Below are positions 19,172 to 28,495 of a DNA stretch of 47,455 nucleotides, piece by piece. The notes beneath the pieces were generated by a model, which saw only the letters and a list, made by a program, of their open reading frames with translations, had not been told where the DNA came from and did no database searches. Positions within the stretch are counted from its first letter, which is position 1. Each line of letters begins with the position of its first letter. The position numbers and the translations under genes are program-made. Origin of the DNA: Candidatus Woesearchaeota archaeon (lineage in GTDB: Archaea; Nanobdellota; Nanobdellia; Pacearchaeales; GW2011-AR1). The stretch is from the NCBI GenBank assembly GCA_964362915.1, contig CAYIGH010000005.1, forward strand, positions 1 to 47,455. The letters are read 5' to 3'.

Positions 19172-21181
19172 ATGAGAAAAAGAGTTGATTTATTTTTTTA
19201 CTTCATAATACTTTTTTTATTTTTAGTTCCGCCAAGTATAGCAGTAAAACTCGAACCTTGCCACGATTCTTATTTAAGAGGAAATGTTAATGAAGACCAA
19301 TATACTCCCGAGTATAAGACTGATTTAACTGATGCGATTTATTTATTGAATTATCTTTTTAAAGGAGGACCCTCTCCAAGATGTTTAGAAGTTGCAGATG
19401 CAAATAATGATGGAAACGTTGATTTGAGTGATGTTGTTTACTTATTGAGACATTTGTTTCTGGGAGGAGTAGCCCCAGAGCCAAAAATTGGAGAAGGTAT
19501 TGATGATCCTGTAAAAATTGGCTTCTTATTTCCCTGGGATGAACAAGATTATATAGATAAACAAGGCAGTATAGAGGGATTAATAGAAATAGAAGCACAA
19601 TTGCCAACTATCCTGCCTGTTAGTGATTTAAGCGGAGAATCAGATATTCAAGAATGCGTGGCAAAGGCAACCCCTATTGATTTGGAAAATAATCCAACTG
19701 GAGAAGCGGTAATATTCTTCCAAAGCAAATGGCATGAAGATCCTGAATTTGAAGGCAATGATATCTCTCTGGAGCCCTTAGAATTGTTAATTGATAGAGC
19801 AGAAATGCCTTCAGATAGATTCAAGATTAAAGTAACTTGCAAGGACAAAAATACAGAAAGTGTTGCTGAGATAATTATGCGTTCTTTTAAAGAGCCCCAA
19901 CAAGAAGAACTTGATTATAAAAAAGATAATAATAAATATGTTGAGTTGCAATCTCCTCCTGATGTGCCGCCGCAACAAATTCCTTCTACTGGTCCTAAAG
20001 GGTGTTGTGAAGTAACTTGTATAAACTCTGAAAATCAAGACGTAAAAACATGTGAACAAACAACAAGCGAAGATTGTGATAGTATGGATGAAGACTGGAG
20101 AGGTAAATATGATTATGATAGTCCTACTGATCTTTGTAAACAAGTCTTTCCAGAATCCATTTTATCTAATGTTCCAGTGTGGCGTTCTGATAAAGCATGC
20201 AACAAAGAAACTAATCCTCCTTCTTGCGGAGAGCCTTGTAAAGTTGAGAAAATGACAATTCTAAAAACAGGAGATACTGTGCCGTCAGAGTTTAAAGTTG
20301 CTCCTCTCTTTATTAAGTATACAATGGGTAATCCAAGAGCATTAGGACATATAGAAGGCTGGACTACCGAGTCTGTATTGGCAAAAAATAAAGAAGGCAA
20401 AGAGATAACAGTTACTCTCCCTGCTTATTCTGGCAGATATGTTTTTATGGTTTATGCTCTTGTTTCTGGAGATCCGGATATATGCCCTGAGGCACAGTTT
20501 GTGAAAGGAAGCTATTATAAGGGTAAATTAACATATGACCCAACTACAGGACATCTTGATTCTCTGGTTAGATATTCCAAAACGTCTCCTTATATATTTA
20601 GCAGAAATGATATTGTGAATGTAAAAAAACTGCTTGATCTAAAACTCCCGAATCATGAAGTGGCTATTAACTCACAAAAAAATATAGAGGGAGTGATTGG
20701 ATGTCATAAAGATAGTTTTTTATTATGTGCTGATGGATATACAAATGAAGTTGGTGGTCCGGGGAATAATAAAGATACGTGGGTAGCTTATATTAAAAAG
20801 CACTTTGATAGCAGCGGTTCTGGAAAAATAATGTGGATAGATTTTACTGGTGTGATATCGCCAGCGGCGTATATTGAAGGAGCAGCTAATAGCAGAACCC
20901 CTTGGACAATAGAATCAGGAGCAATTGATATTAGAGATGTTAATCAATTTTACTTCGACGCAATAGATATCATAGAAAATAGTGCAGAAACACAGCGTTT
21001 TGTGTGCTTTCTAGAAGATTTGGTAATAAAAAATCGTGGAAGCGAGGCAACAAATACTCAAAAGCATGATGTTGTAGAGCCCTATTGTTATTGCATAGAA
21101 CAGAAAAGGGCAAGCGGAAAATGGGAAATTATTCAAGGAAAAGATAATCTGCCTTGTGGTTTGGCAGGGATAAGGGCTTAA
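19172..21181 (+). CDS. Secreted dockerin-domain protein with Cys-rich linker and unknown C-terminal domain
   Basis: Signal peptide; duplicated Ca-binding loop-helix RG.VN.D...D.TDAIYLLNYLF.GG...C...DANNDGNVDLSDVVYLL..LF. Confidence 0.75.
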   Translation: MRKRVDLFFYFIILFLFLVPPSIAVKLEPCHDSYLRGNVNEDQYTPEYKTDLTDAIYLLNYLFKGGPSPRCLEVADANNDGNVDLSDVVYLLRHLFLGGVAPEPKIGEGIDDPVKIGFLFPWDEQDYIDKQGSIEGLIEIEAQLPTILPVSDLSGESDIQECVAKATPIDLENNPTGEAVIFFQSKWHEDPEFEGNDISLEPLELLIDRAEMPSDRFKIKVTCKDKNTESVAEIIMRSFKEPQQEELDYKKDNNKYVELQSPPDVPPQQIPSTGPKGCCEVTCINSENQDVKTCEQTTSEDCDSMDEDWRGKYDYDSPTDLCKQVFPESILSNVPVWRSDKACNKETNPPSCGEPCKVEKMTILKTGDTVPSEFKVAPLFIKYTMGNPRALGHIEGWTTESVLAKNKEGKEITVTLPAYSGRYVFMVYALVSGDPDICPEAQFVKGSYYKGKLTYDPTTGHLDSLVRYSKTSPYIFSRNDIVNVKKLLDLKLPNHEVAINSQKNIEGVIGCHKDSFLLCADGYTNEVGGPGNNKDTWVAYIKKHFDSSGSGKIMWIDFTGVISPAAYIEGAANSRTPWTIESGAIDIRDVNQFYFDAIDIIENSAETQRFVCFLEDLVIKNRGSEATNTQKHDVVEPYCYCIEQKRASGKWEIIQGKDNLPCGLAGIRA

Positions 21182-21190
21182 GATTACTTC

Positions 21191-21514
21191 TCATTTTCTC
21201 GAACTATGAAAAGAATGAATTCTTTGTGTTCCGTCTTCTTTTACCTCTAAAATTCCATCTTCATATGTGCTTTTTGTTAACAGGTCTTTATCTTCTAATT
21301 CTCTCATTATATCTTCTCCCGTATTATACTCCCCTTCTAGTCTGATTATAGGGATAACATAAATTCCTGGTTCAATTCTCGATAACCTTTCTTCTGCCTC
21401 TTTTTTCCATTTATTATAAAATAGCATGGAGGAATGTAAGATAACACCTAGACTAATTGCTCCTAATGTCCAAGTTGTATAGTTCCTAAATTTCATGGAC
21501 TCACTGATTCTCAC
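21191..21514 (-). CDS. Hypothetical membrane-anchored protein
   Basis: 107-aa ORF with one TM; alternative ATG at 21496 just after the EF-2 stop. Confidence 0.5.
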   Translation of the reverse strand: MRISESMKFRNYTTWTLGAISLGVILHSSMLFYNKWKKEAEERLSRIEPGIYVIPIIRLEGEYNTGEDIMRELEDKDLLTKSTYEDGILEVKEDGTQRIHSFHSSRK

Positions 21515-24266
21515 TCAACCCCTTTCTTTCTCGGATTTTTCTGATAACATTGTCCTGCAATTCTCTTGGAAGTTTCTGGAAATGCTGGTCTGCAAGGGAA
21601 GAAACTCCCCTGCCTTCTGTGGCAGATCTTAAATCATTGCTCCAGCCAATCATTTCAGCCACAGGTATTTTGGCCATGATTATAACTTCTCCGCCTTCCT
21701 GCTCAACATTAATTAAAACGCCTCTCTTGCTTCCTATTAAAGAAGTTACTGCCCCCATAAATTCAACAGGCACTTCAATTCTGTGTGTTTGTATTGGCTC
21801 AACTAATCCTGCCCCTCCGCCGCCCATGCACTCAAACATCCCTTTTCTTACAGCAGGATAAATTTGAGCAGGGCCCCTGTGCATGTGGTCTACATGCAAT
21901 TTAGCATCATGCAAAATCAGTTTGGTTTTCATTAAGGGCTCCCTTGCCAATGGGCCTGCGTCAATAACTAATCTCCAGCCATCCATTATAGAATCAATTA
22001 CTTCACCAAGCAAAACTATTCCTCTTGTCCTATCCTGGAATACATTTCCCTTATAGATTTCTTTATACTGTCTTGCTTCCTCATTGCTTAATCCTAATTC
22101 AGATAATTTTTTCCACGTTTGCTCTGCTCTTTTCTTCAATCTTTCCTCTGGAATCTCGCCTTTCTCTATAGAACTATAAATCTCATCTTCTAAAGGCTCC
22201 ATGCTGAAGAAAAATATATTGTGGCTATTTGGTGTTCTCATCTCTATTTTATGGCTTGGCTTTGCAACAGTCTCTCTGTAAACAACAATCGGATGGCCTG
22301 TTTTCACTTCCAATCCTTTTTCATTTTTAATTCTGCCCTCTATAATTTCTAAGTGCAGTTCACCCATCCCCGAAATTAGATTTTCTCCTGTTTCTTCGTT
22401 GATTTCTACTTTTATACTTGGATCCTCTTTTGCAACTTTTCTCAATACCTCGATAAGCTTTGGCAAATCTGAGGATCTAATAACTTCAATAGATTTTGTA
22501 ATAACTGGCTGGAAAATATGTCTTATTTCTTCAAATGGCATTTCTTGTTTTAATGTAATAGTCTCTCCAACATCTACATTCAATCCTGAAATTGCTAATA
22601 CATTTCCAGCCGGAACTTTTTCAACTTGTTCTGGTTTTATCCCATTATAAACAAAGACTTGCTGTATTCTTCCGGTTTTTTTGGCATTATTTGCATATAC
22701 CTCCATTCCATTGATAATTGTTCCAGAATACAATCTCCCTGCAGCAACTTCTTTTCCTGATCTAGGATCTATTACAATTCTTGTAATCACAAATGCCAGT
22801 TCACCATTTTTATTGCATTTTGAAAGATCTTGTCCAAACTTGCTTTCTGCATCTCCCCTCCATATCTTTGGAATTCTATATTTTTGTGCTTCTAGTGGAT
22901 TTGGCAGATGTTTTACTGCCATATCTAAAACAACATCATGCAAAGGAGCATTTTCCCATACCCACTTCTTTCTATCGGCCTCTTCCATTTCATAAAGTCT
23001 AATAATGTCTTTAAAACTAACTTTTTTCTTTTTCATGAATGGCAGAGATAATGCCCAATTATCTCTAGCAGAGCCAAAAGCAACGCTTCCATCCTGAACA
23101 TTAACTTTCCATTTTTCTTTATATTCTGGCTCTGCAATTTGCATTATCAGGCTATTAAACTGCTCTATAATTCTCATTAATCTCTCTTGCATTTGCTCAG
23201 GAGTTAATTTTAGTTCTTTAATTAATCTATCAACTTTATTCAAGAAAAGAACTGGCTTTACTCTTTCTCTCAATGCTTGTTTCAAAACTGTTTCTGTTTG
23301 CGGCATAATTCCTTCAGAAGCACACACCAAAACAAATGTTCCGTCAATAGCCCTCATTGCTCTAGTAACGTTCCCTCCAAAGTCAACATGTCCAGGTGTA
23401 TCAATCAAATTAATAAGATACTCTTCATCATGATAAGTATGCACCATTGAAACATTTGCTGCATCTACTGTCATTAATCTTTCTTGTTCATCTGCATGCT
23501 GCCAAGTGGCCATGCCCTCCTCTAAATCTCCAGCAGATTTTACAGCCATCATTCCTGCTGCAGCTAAAAGATTGTCTGTGAACGCCGTATTATGTATAAC
23601 AATTCCCTCAGAGATGAAGTTATGATTGTCTGGAATAGTAAAATCATAAACTATTTCTTCAAATGAATTAGCAGTTTCAACAATATCAACAAAAGCTAAA
23701 TCAGAATATGAATTTTTTAATAATTGTACCATCTGTCTATTTACAATTTCTATATATTCATAATCTTCTTTATTTACATTCTTCTCTTTCCAAAAAAAAT
23801 CAGCATTTTTCATACACACAACCATATCTCCAATTCTTAAATCTTTAGCTTCTACATCAACAAATCCATCTCTATAAACAATATACTTATGTTCTGGTGT
23901 TGTTATAATTTCAAAACCGTTTCTTAATTTTACTTTTATAGTATTTCCACCTTTTAATCTCCAAACATATTGAATATTTTTCTTCTCTATTTTTCCTTCG
24001 GATTTATTAAGTGAAAATATCTCTATGTTTTCTCTAGGAGCATAAACAGTATGGTCTTCATTCTCTTCATAAATATCTCCATTTTTAGCAACTTCCTCAA
24101 AAATATCTTTGGCAGTTTTAATACCTCCATCTGTTAAAATTAATCTGGAGTTCCCACTAATACACTTTCCATGGTGTATATGTGCAGACGTAGCTACATT
24201 TCTGATGTTCTTCTGATTTGAAATCAGTTTTTTAATTTTCTGCAAGTTTGTTTCTTTCTCCACCAT
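21501..24266 (-). CDS. fusA: Translation elongation factor aEF-2, intein-containing
   Basis: AHIHHGK/T P-loop, DTPGHVDF, NKVD, GMGELHLEI, HRGPAQ diphthamide loop; start set at MVEKET. Confidence 0.97.
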   Translation of the reverse strand: MVEKETNLQKIKKLISNQKNIRNVATSAHIHHGKCISGNSRLILTDGGIKTAKDIFEEVAKNGDIYEENEDHTVYAPRENIEIFSLNKSEGKIEKKNIQYVWRLKGGNTIKVKLRNGFEIITTPEHKYIVYRDGFVDVEAKDLRIGDMVVCMKNADFFWKEKNVNKEDYEYIEIVNRQMVQLLKNSYSDLAFVDIVETANSFEEIVYDFTIPDNHNFISEGIVIHNTAFTDNLLAAAGMMAVKSAGDLEEGMATWQHADEQERLMTVDAANVSMVHTYHDEEYLINLIDTPGHVDFGGNVTRAMRAIDGTFVLVCASEGIMPQTETVLKQALRERVKPVLFLNKVDRLIKELKLTPEQMQERLMRIIEQFNSLIMQIAEPEYKEKWKVNVQDGSVAFGSARDNWALSLPFMKKKKVSFKDIIRLYEMEEADRKKWVWENAPLHDVVLDMAVKHLPNPLEAQKYRIPKIWRGDAESKFGQDLSKCNKNGELAFVITRIVIDPRSGKEVAAGRLYSGTIINGMEVYANNAKKTGRIQQVFVYNGIKPEQVEKVPAGNVLAISGLNVDVGETITLKQEMPFEEIRHIFQPVITKSIEVIRSSDLPKLIEVLRKVAKEDPSIKVEINEETGENLISGMGELHLEIIEGRIKNEKGLEVKTGHPIVVYRETVAKPSHKIEMRTPNSHNIFFFSMEPLEDEIYSSIEKGEIPEERLKKRAEQTWKKLSELGLSNEEARQYKEIYKGNVFQDRTRGIVLLGEVIDSIMDGWRLVIDAGPLAREPLMKTKLILHDAKLHVDHMHRGPAQIYPAVRKGMFECMGGGGAGLVEPIQTHRIEVPVEFMGAVTSLIGSKRGVLINVEQEGGEVIIMAKIPVAEMIGWSNDLRSATEGRGVSSLADQHFQKLPRELQDNVIRKIRERKGLSENQ
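23589..24164 (-). mobile_element. Mini-intein (192 aa, no homing endonuclease) in the EF-2 P-loop
   Basis: GK|CISGNS...TPEH...VYDFTIPDNHNF...HN|TAF: blocks A, B, F and G present. Confidence 0.95.
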
Positions 24267-24387
24267 ATTGATATTGGAAATTTTATTTAGTTGTAATTTG
24301 TGATAAGAAAGAGGGTTTTTAAAACTTGGCTTTAAATACTTAGAATGCAATAAGCAAGTTTATTAATAATTCAATTCTCTAAAAAAG

Positions 24388-25161
24388 ATGAATATAAGAT
24401 TCGGACCTGCTGGATTAGGGCCTGTTAAAAATGCTGAGGAAACTTTAAAAGAATATCATAAATTAGGATTAAGAGCTTGTGAAATCGCCTTCACTTATGG
24501 AGTGTATATAAAGAAAGAAGAAGATGCCAAAAGAATTGGAAAAAAAGCTAAAGAATTAGATATTAAATTAAGCATCCACGCGCCCTATTATGTGAATTTA
24601 AATTCTGAAGAAAAAGCGAAAAGAGAAGCTACTAAAAAAAGGATTTTGGACTGCTGCGAAATCGGAGAATTTGCCGGGGCAGAAATAGTTGTGTTCCACC
24701 CAGGATACTATGGGGAAGATAGGAATAAAAGTTATGAAGTAATAAAAGAAGGCATTATAGATATCATGGAAGAAATAAAGAAAAATGGATGGAAGATAAA
24801 GATAGGAGTAGAAACAATGGGAAAGGTAAATGTATTTGGAAGTGTGGAAGAGATTGCTAGTCTAGTTAAGGAAACTGGTTGTTCTTTTTGCATTGATTTT
24901 GCACATATTTTAGCTAGGGATAAAGCGGTTGATTATGAAAAGGTCAAAGAATTATTTCCTCAAAAGAAATGGCATGCGCACTTTTCCGGCATTGTTTATG
25001 GAGAAAAAGGAGAAAAACATCATAAAAATACAGAGAAAGAAGAGTGGAAAACGCTTCTAAAAAACTTGCCAGAAGAAAAAGAGATAACAATAATAAATGA
25101 ATCTCCTTCTATGACAGAGGACAGTGTTGAAGGATTGAAATTAGCTAAGCAGATGGTTTAG
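24388..25161 (+). CDS. nfo: Endonuclease IV-like TIM-barrel nuclease
   Basis: HAPYYVNL, FHPG, ETMGK, DFAH, H.HFSG, E..H, ESP. Confidence 0.85.
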   Translation: MNIRFGPAGLGPVKNAEETLKEYHKLGLRACEIAFTYGVYIKKEEDAKRIGKKAKELDIKLSIHAPYYVNLNSEEKAKREATKKRILDCCEIGEFAGAEIVVFHPGYYGEDRNKSYEVIKEGIIDIMEEIKKNGWKIKIGVETMGKVNVFGSVEEIASLVKETGCSFCIDFAHILARDKAVDYEKVKELFPQKKWHAHFSGIVYGEKGEKHHKNTEKEEWKTLLKNLPEEKEITIINESPSMTEDSVEGLKLAKQMV

Positions 25162-25363
25162 ACTTTTCATTAAGACCATGACTAATCTTGTCAATTTCTA
25201 AAAGTTTTTCCCTTGCTTTTATAGGATTAATTCTGCAAGTATTAAGAATCTCTAATATATATTCTATGGCTTCGTTATAACTCTGTCTTTTATGATACTT
25301 GAGTCTATCTAATCTTAATTTTGTTTTCTTGCTTATTTTAATAGTTGTATTTTCATCTTTCAT
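25145..25363 (-). CDS. Small ribbon-helix-helix-like DNA-binding protein
   Basis: TTIKISKKTK.RLD.LK....SY.E.I. Confidence 0.7.
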   Translation of the reverse strand: MKDENTTIKISKKTKLRLDRLKYHKRQSYNEAIEYILEILNTCRINPIKAREKLLEIDKISHGLNEKSKPSA

Positions 25364-25378
25364 TTTATTGGCTATAAG

Positions 25379-25403
25379 TATACCATGTTATACTATTTTA
25401 TAC
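25379..25403. promoter_or_regulatory. Three phased TATAC boxes (10-bp period), candidate RHH operator
   Basis: TATAC at 25379, 25389 and 25399, immediately upstream of the RHH gene. Confidence 0.45.
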
Positions 25404-25533
25404 TTCTTAAATTTTTTGGTTAAAATGTTACTACTCTATTTTGTAACTTTTTAATAGTGCTTATTTTGTTATTACCGCAAAGTTTATAAAAGCAGATTTA
25501 GTTATATTTCTAACTAAATTTAACAAAACAAAT

Positions 25534-26778
25534 ATGACATCCAAAAAATTTTGGGTTTCGCTTGCCGCGATATTCGCATTGGTAGTTTTATCAGTTGTGA
25601 ATGTCAGCGCTAGTTTCGGAAACATTGTTGGTATAGAAGTGGATGAAGTTGATGTCTTCAGTGCACAGCCTGTAGCTATTGAAGCAGGACAGACTGTTGC
25701 TGTAAGACTCTTTTTTCGCGCTGACCAAACTGTTGAGGATGTCAGAGTGAGAGCCTGGATTGCTGGCGACAAAGAAATCGCATCAGTTACAAAGGAATTT
25801 GCTGTCCTTGATGGCAGAACTTACAGCTGGCTTCTTTTGATAAAGATGCCTGCAAGTTTAGATGAAGAAGAACTAGATGAAGATCTAGATCTTCATGTGA
25901 CTGTTGAGAGCAGAGATCTTGGTGTCACTGATTCTTTCGGAGTTGACCTTACTGTACAAAGAGAATCCAATGCACTTGAGATTCTTGATGTAGATTTGGA
26001 CAATGTAGTCAACGCAGGAGATGTTTTATCTCTTGACGTTGTTGTAAAGAACAGAGGCAGACAGACTTCTGAAGATACATTCGTCGTTGCCAGAATACCT
26101 GTATTGAAGCTTGAAGACAAAGCTTACTTTGGAGACCTCTATAACATGGCTGACCCTGTTGTAAATGGCAGACAGCTAGACAATAGAGAAGACTCTTATG
26201 AAAGAAGATTGTCTTTAAGAATTCCTTCAAATACACCTGCTGGTGTTTACGTTGTAGAAATTGAAGCATCAAATGAAGACGCTATAACTACAATGACTAA
26301 AAAGATTGTTGTAACAGGCGCAGAAGGAAAGACACAAGTTGTCTCACCTGTGCACAGCAGATCCTTAGATGTTGGAGAAACAGCTGAATACAGCTTGGTT
26401 CTAGTTAACTCTGGAACTCAAGTTGGATTGTTTGAACTGGTTATTGAGGCACCAAGCGACTTAGATGTTGAAGTGTCTGAGCCGGTTGTTGCTGTACCCG
26501 CAGGCAGTAGCAAGACTGTAACATTAAAAACCATGTCTGATAAGGCTGGAAATTACAATTTTGCAGTAAATGTCCACTCTGGCGGAGAGCTAGTAACAAG
26601 AGAAGAGTTTACAGCAAAGGTTGAAGGCAGATCAACAGCAGATATAACAAGAACAAATCCAACTGTATTATTGACAGTTGTTCTTGCAGTTATCTTCGTT
26701 GTGCTTTTGATAGTGCTGATTGTTCTCTTGACAAGGAAACCTGAAAAGTCTGAAGAATTCGGAGAAAGTTATTACTAA
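25534..26778 (+). CDS. Membrane-anchored Ig-like/CARDB-type surface (S-layer-associated) protein
   Basis: Signal peptide, acidic Val-rich beta-sandwich repeats (VKNRG, LVNSG), C-terminal TM and EEFGESYY tail; long T-tract downstream. Confidence 0.75.
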   Translation: MTSKKFWVSLAAIFALVVLSVVNVSASFGNIVGIEVDEVDVFSAQPVAIEAGQTVAVRLFFRADQTVEDVRVRAWIAGDKEIASVTKEFAVLDGRTYSWLLLIKMPASLDEEELDEDLDLHVTVESRDLGVTDSFGVDLTVQRESNALEILDVDLDNVVNAGDVLSLDVVVKNRGRQTSEDTFVVARIPVLKLEDKAYFGDLYNMADPVVNGRQLDNREDSYERRLSLRIPSNTPAGVYVVEIEASNEDAITTMTKKIVVTGAEGKTQVVSPVHSRSLDVGETAEYSLVLVNSGTQVGLFELVIEAPSDLDVEVSEPVVAVPAGSSKTVTLKTMSDKAGNYNFAVNVHSGGELVTREEFTAKVEGRSTADITRTNPTVLLTVVLAVIFVVLLIVLIVLLTRKPEKSEEFGESYY

Positions 26779-26791
26779 ACTTTCTTGACAT

Positions 26792-26832
26792 TATTTTTTT
26801 ATTTTTTTAATCTTTTTCTTTTTTTATTTTTT
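26792..26832 (+). terminator. Oligo-T archaeal terminator
   Basis: Multiple T5-T8 runs right after the surface-protein stop codon. Confidence 0.6.
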
Positions 26833-26941
26833 ATATAATAAGAGTAAAGAATACAGCAAAGCAGTGATAACATATCTTTAAATATTACTTTATTTTAATC
26901 TAGACTTCAAGAATTAGGAAAAACTGAAAGGGGGTGTAAAA

Positions 26942-28357
26942 ATGAAAAAAGTTTTGCTTTTAACGCTGATGTTATTTGTTAGCTCTGCAGTTGTTTCAGC
27001 AGCAGTCGGTGACTTGGTCGGAACTGTGAACTTCAGTGTTCCATGTTCTTCAGGTATTGGTGTTGGCATCGCATATGATGGAATGAATCTTTGGTATTCT
27101 TGCTATAACTCTGCAACTGATCTCTATAGGGCAGATCCTCAAACTGGTTTAGTAACTGCAAGTTATACTATTACAGGAAGTTTAGGAGCTCTAGCTTATG
27201 ACGCCTCAAGGAATGCGCTTTGGGCTGGCTGGGGAGATTTTTCTGGAAACGTGAGATTATTGCAGCTCAATGCGTCAAAGGATATTATCAATACAACAAC
27301 AGTTTTCACTGCAGGTGATGCAGTCATTGTTGGCCTTGATGATGGGCTTGCCTATGACGCTCAAGATGACACACTCTACTTTAGTGATGATGTCTCGACA
27401 ACGATTCATCATTATACAGTGAATGGCACTCATCTTGTAGACTTTTCTTGGGCAGGAAGTGGTTGTTATAATAGCGGATTAGCTCTTGGAGGAGATTTGC
27501 TGTATCAAGGATCTAATGGATGTAATCAGGTCTGGGTCGTGAATAAATCAAATACAGGAGTTATAGTATTTAATTTCTCAACAGCAGTTGGCGCAGATCC
27601 CGGATTCAGAGATGAAGATCTTGAATGTGATACAAATACTTTCTCTGGGCAGGGCAAGCATGTGATGTGGTCTGTAGAAGCGTATGATCCAAATTCAGGA
27701 TTAACTATTTTACCACGAAGAGCCATGGCTTTCGAGATACCACTTAATAGCTGTGGTATAGGAGGAGCACAAGCAGCCTGCGGTGATCAAGTTGTAGACG
27801 CAGGAGAACAATGTGATGACGGGAACAATGTCAACGGAGATGGTTGTTCTGCTACATGCATGATTGAAGTGGCTCCAGTTTGTGGGAACAGTATTTTAGA
27901 AGCTGGAGAACAATGTGATGATGGAAATAATGATAATGGTGATGGTTGTTCCTCAACATGCCAAATAGAAGTACAATGTCCTGATAATGATGGAGATGGC
28001 GTAAATGACTGTGATGATTTATGTTTGAATAGTCAGCCTGATAACATTGCTCTAAATCCAAATCAATATGCTCAAAACATTGATTTTGGTGCATTTGAGT
28101 CAGGTCCTGGGAATGATCAAAGCATTGTCTATGACATGCAAACCACAGGTGGATGCACATGCAAACAGATTGCAGCACAATTAGGAGTAGGAGCTGGTCA
28201 TATCAAGAAAGGATGCAGTCCATCAGTAATGGAAGCTTGGACAGGAATCAATGCAGAACCAGATAGACAAGCAGGAATTGGAAGAAATATCCTTCTTATT
28301 GGAGGACTCTTAATTGCAGGAGCAGGGTCAGCAGTTATTAGAAGATTCCTGAAATAA
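26942..28357 (+). CDS. Secreted beta-propeller protein with two Myxococcus-type Cys-rich (DUF4215-like) repeats, TSP3-like motif and C-terminal anchor
   Basis: G.AYD blade motifs; CG......GEQCDDGN..NGDGCS.TC x2 at 27779 and 27881 (102-bp period); DNDGDGV.D..D.C; GGGGGTG RBS upstream. Confidence 0.8.
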   Translation: MKKVLLLTLMLFVSSAVVSAAVGDLVGTVNFSVPCSSGIGVGIAYDGMNLWYSCYNSATDLYRADPQTGLVTASYTITGSLGALAYDASRNALWAGWGDFSGNVRLLQLNASKDIINTTTVFTAGDAVIVGLDDGLAYDAQDDTLYFSDDVSTTIHHYTVNGTHLVDFSWAGSGCYNSGLALGGDLLYQGSNGCNQVWVVNKSNTGVIVFNFSTAVGADPGFRDEDLECDTNTFSGQGKHVMWSVEAYDPNSGLTILPRRAMAFEIPLNSCGIGGAQAACGDQVVDAGEQCDDGNNVNGDGCSATCMIEVAPVCGNSILEAGEQCDDGNNDNGDGCSSTCQIEVQCPDNDGDGVNDCDDLCLNSQPDNIALNPNQYAQNIDFGAFESGPGNDQSIVYDMQTTGGCTCKQIAAQLGVGAGHIKKGCSPSVMEAWTGINAEPDRQAGIGRNILLIGGLLIAGAGSAVIRRFLK

Positions 28358-28495
28358 ATCTTCTGAAATAAATTTTATTTTTTTATTTGCTTTTTCTTTT
28401 TTAATTAATATACAATTCAGGGCATTTTATTCAACAGAATAGATAGTATACACAACTAGCTGAAGTTTTAAATATTCTCTTAAATAGAAAGATTT

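Noticed and set aside
21550-23002. Plus-strand ORFs within fusA, and similar shadow ORFs within smc, dnaG, rpoA, rpoB and lctP
   Set aside because: Antisense or alternate-frame by-products of long conserved genes, with no motifs
23589-24164. Homing endonuclease within the EF-2 intein
   Set aside because: No LAGLIDADG or HNH motif, and the linker is only about 35-40 aa
27779-27961. 102-bp-period repeat as a DGR template/variable pair or mobile repeat
   Set aside because: It is an in-frame protein domain repeat with mostly synonymous divergence, and no reverse transcriptase gene is in the window
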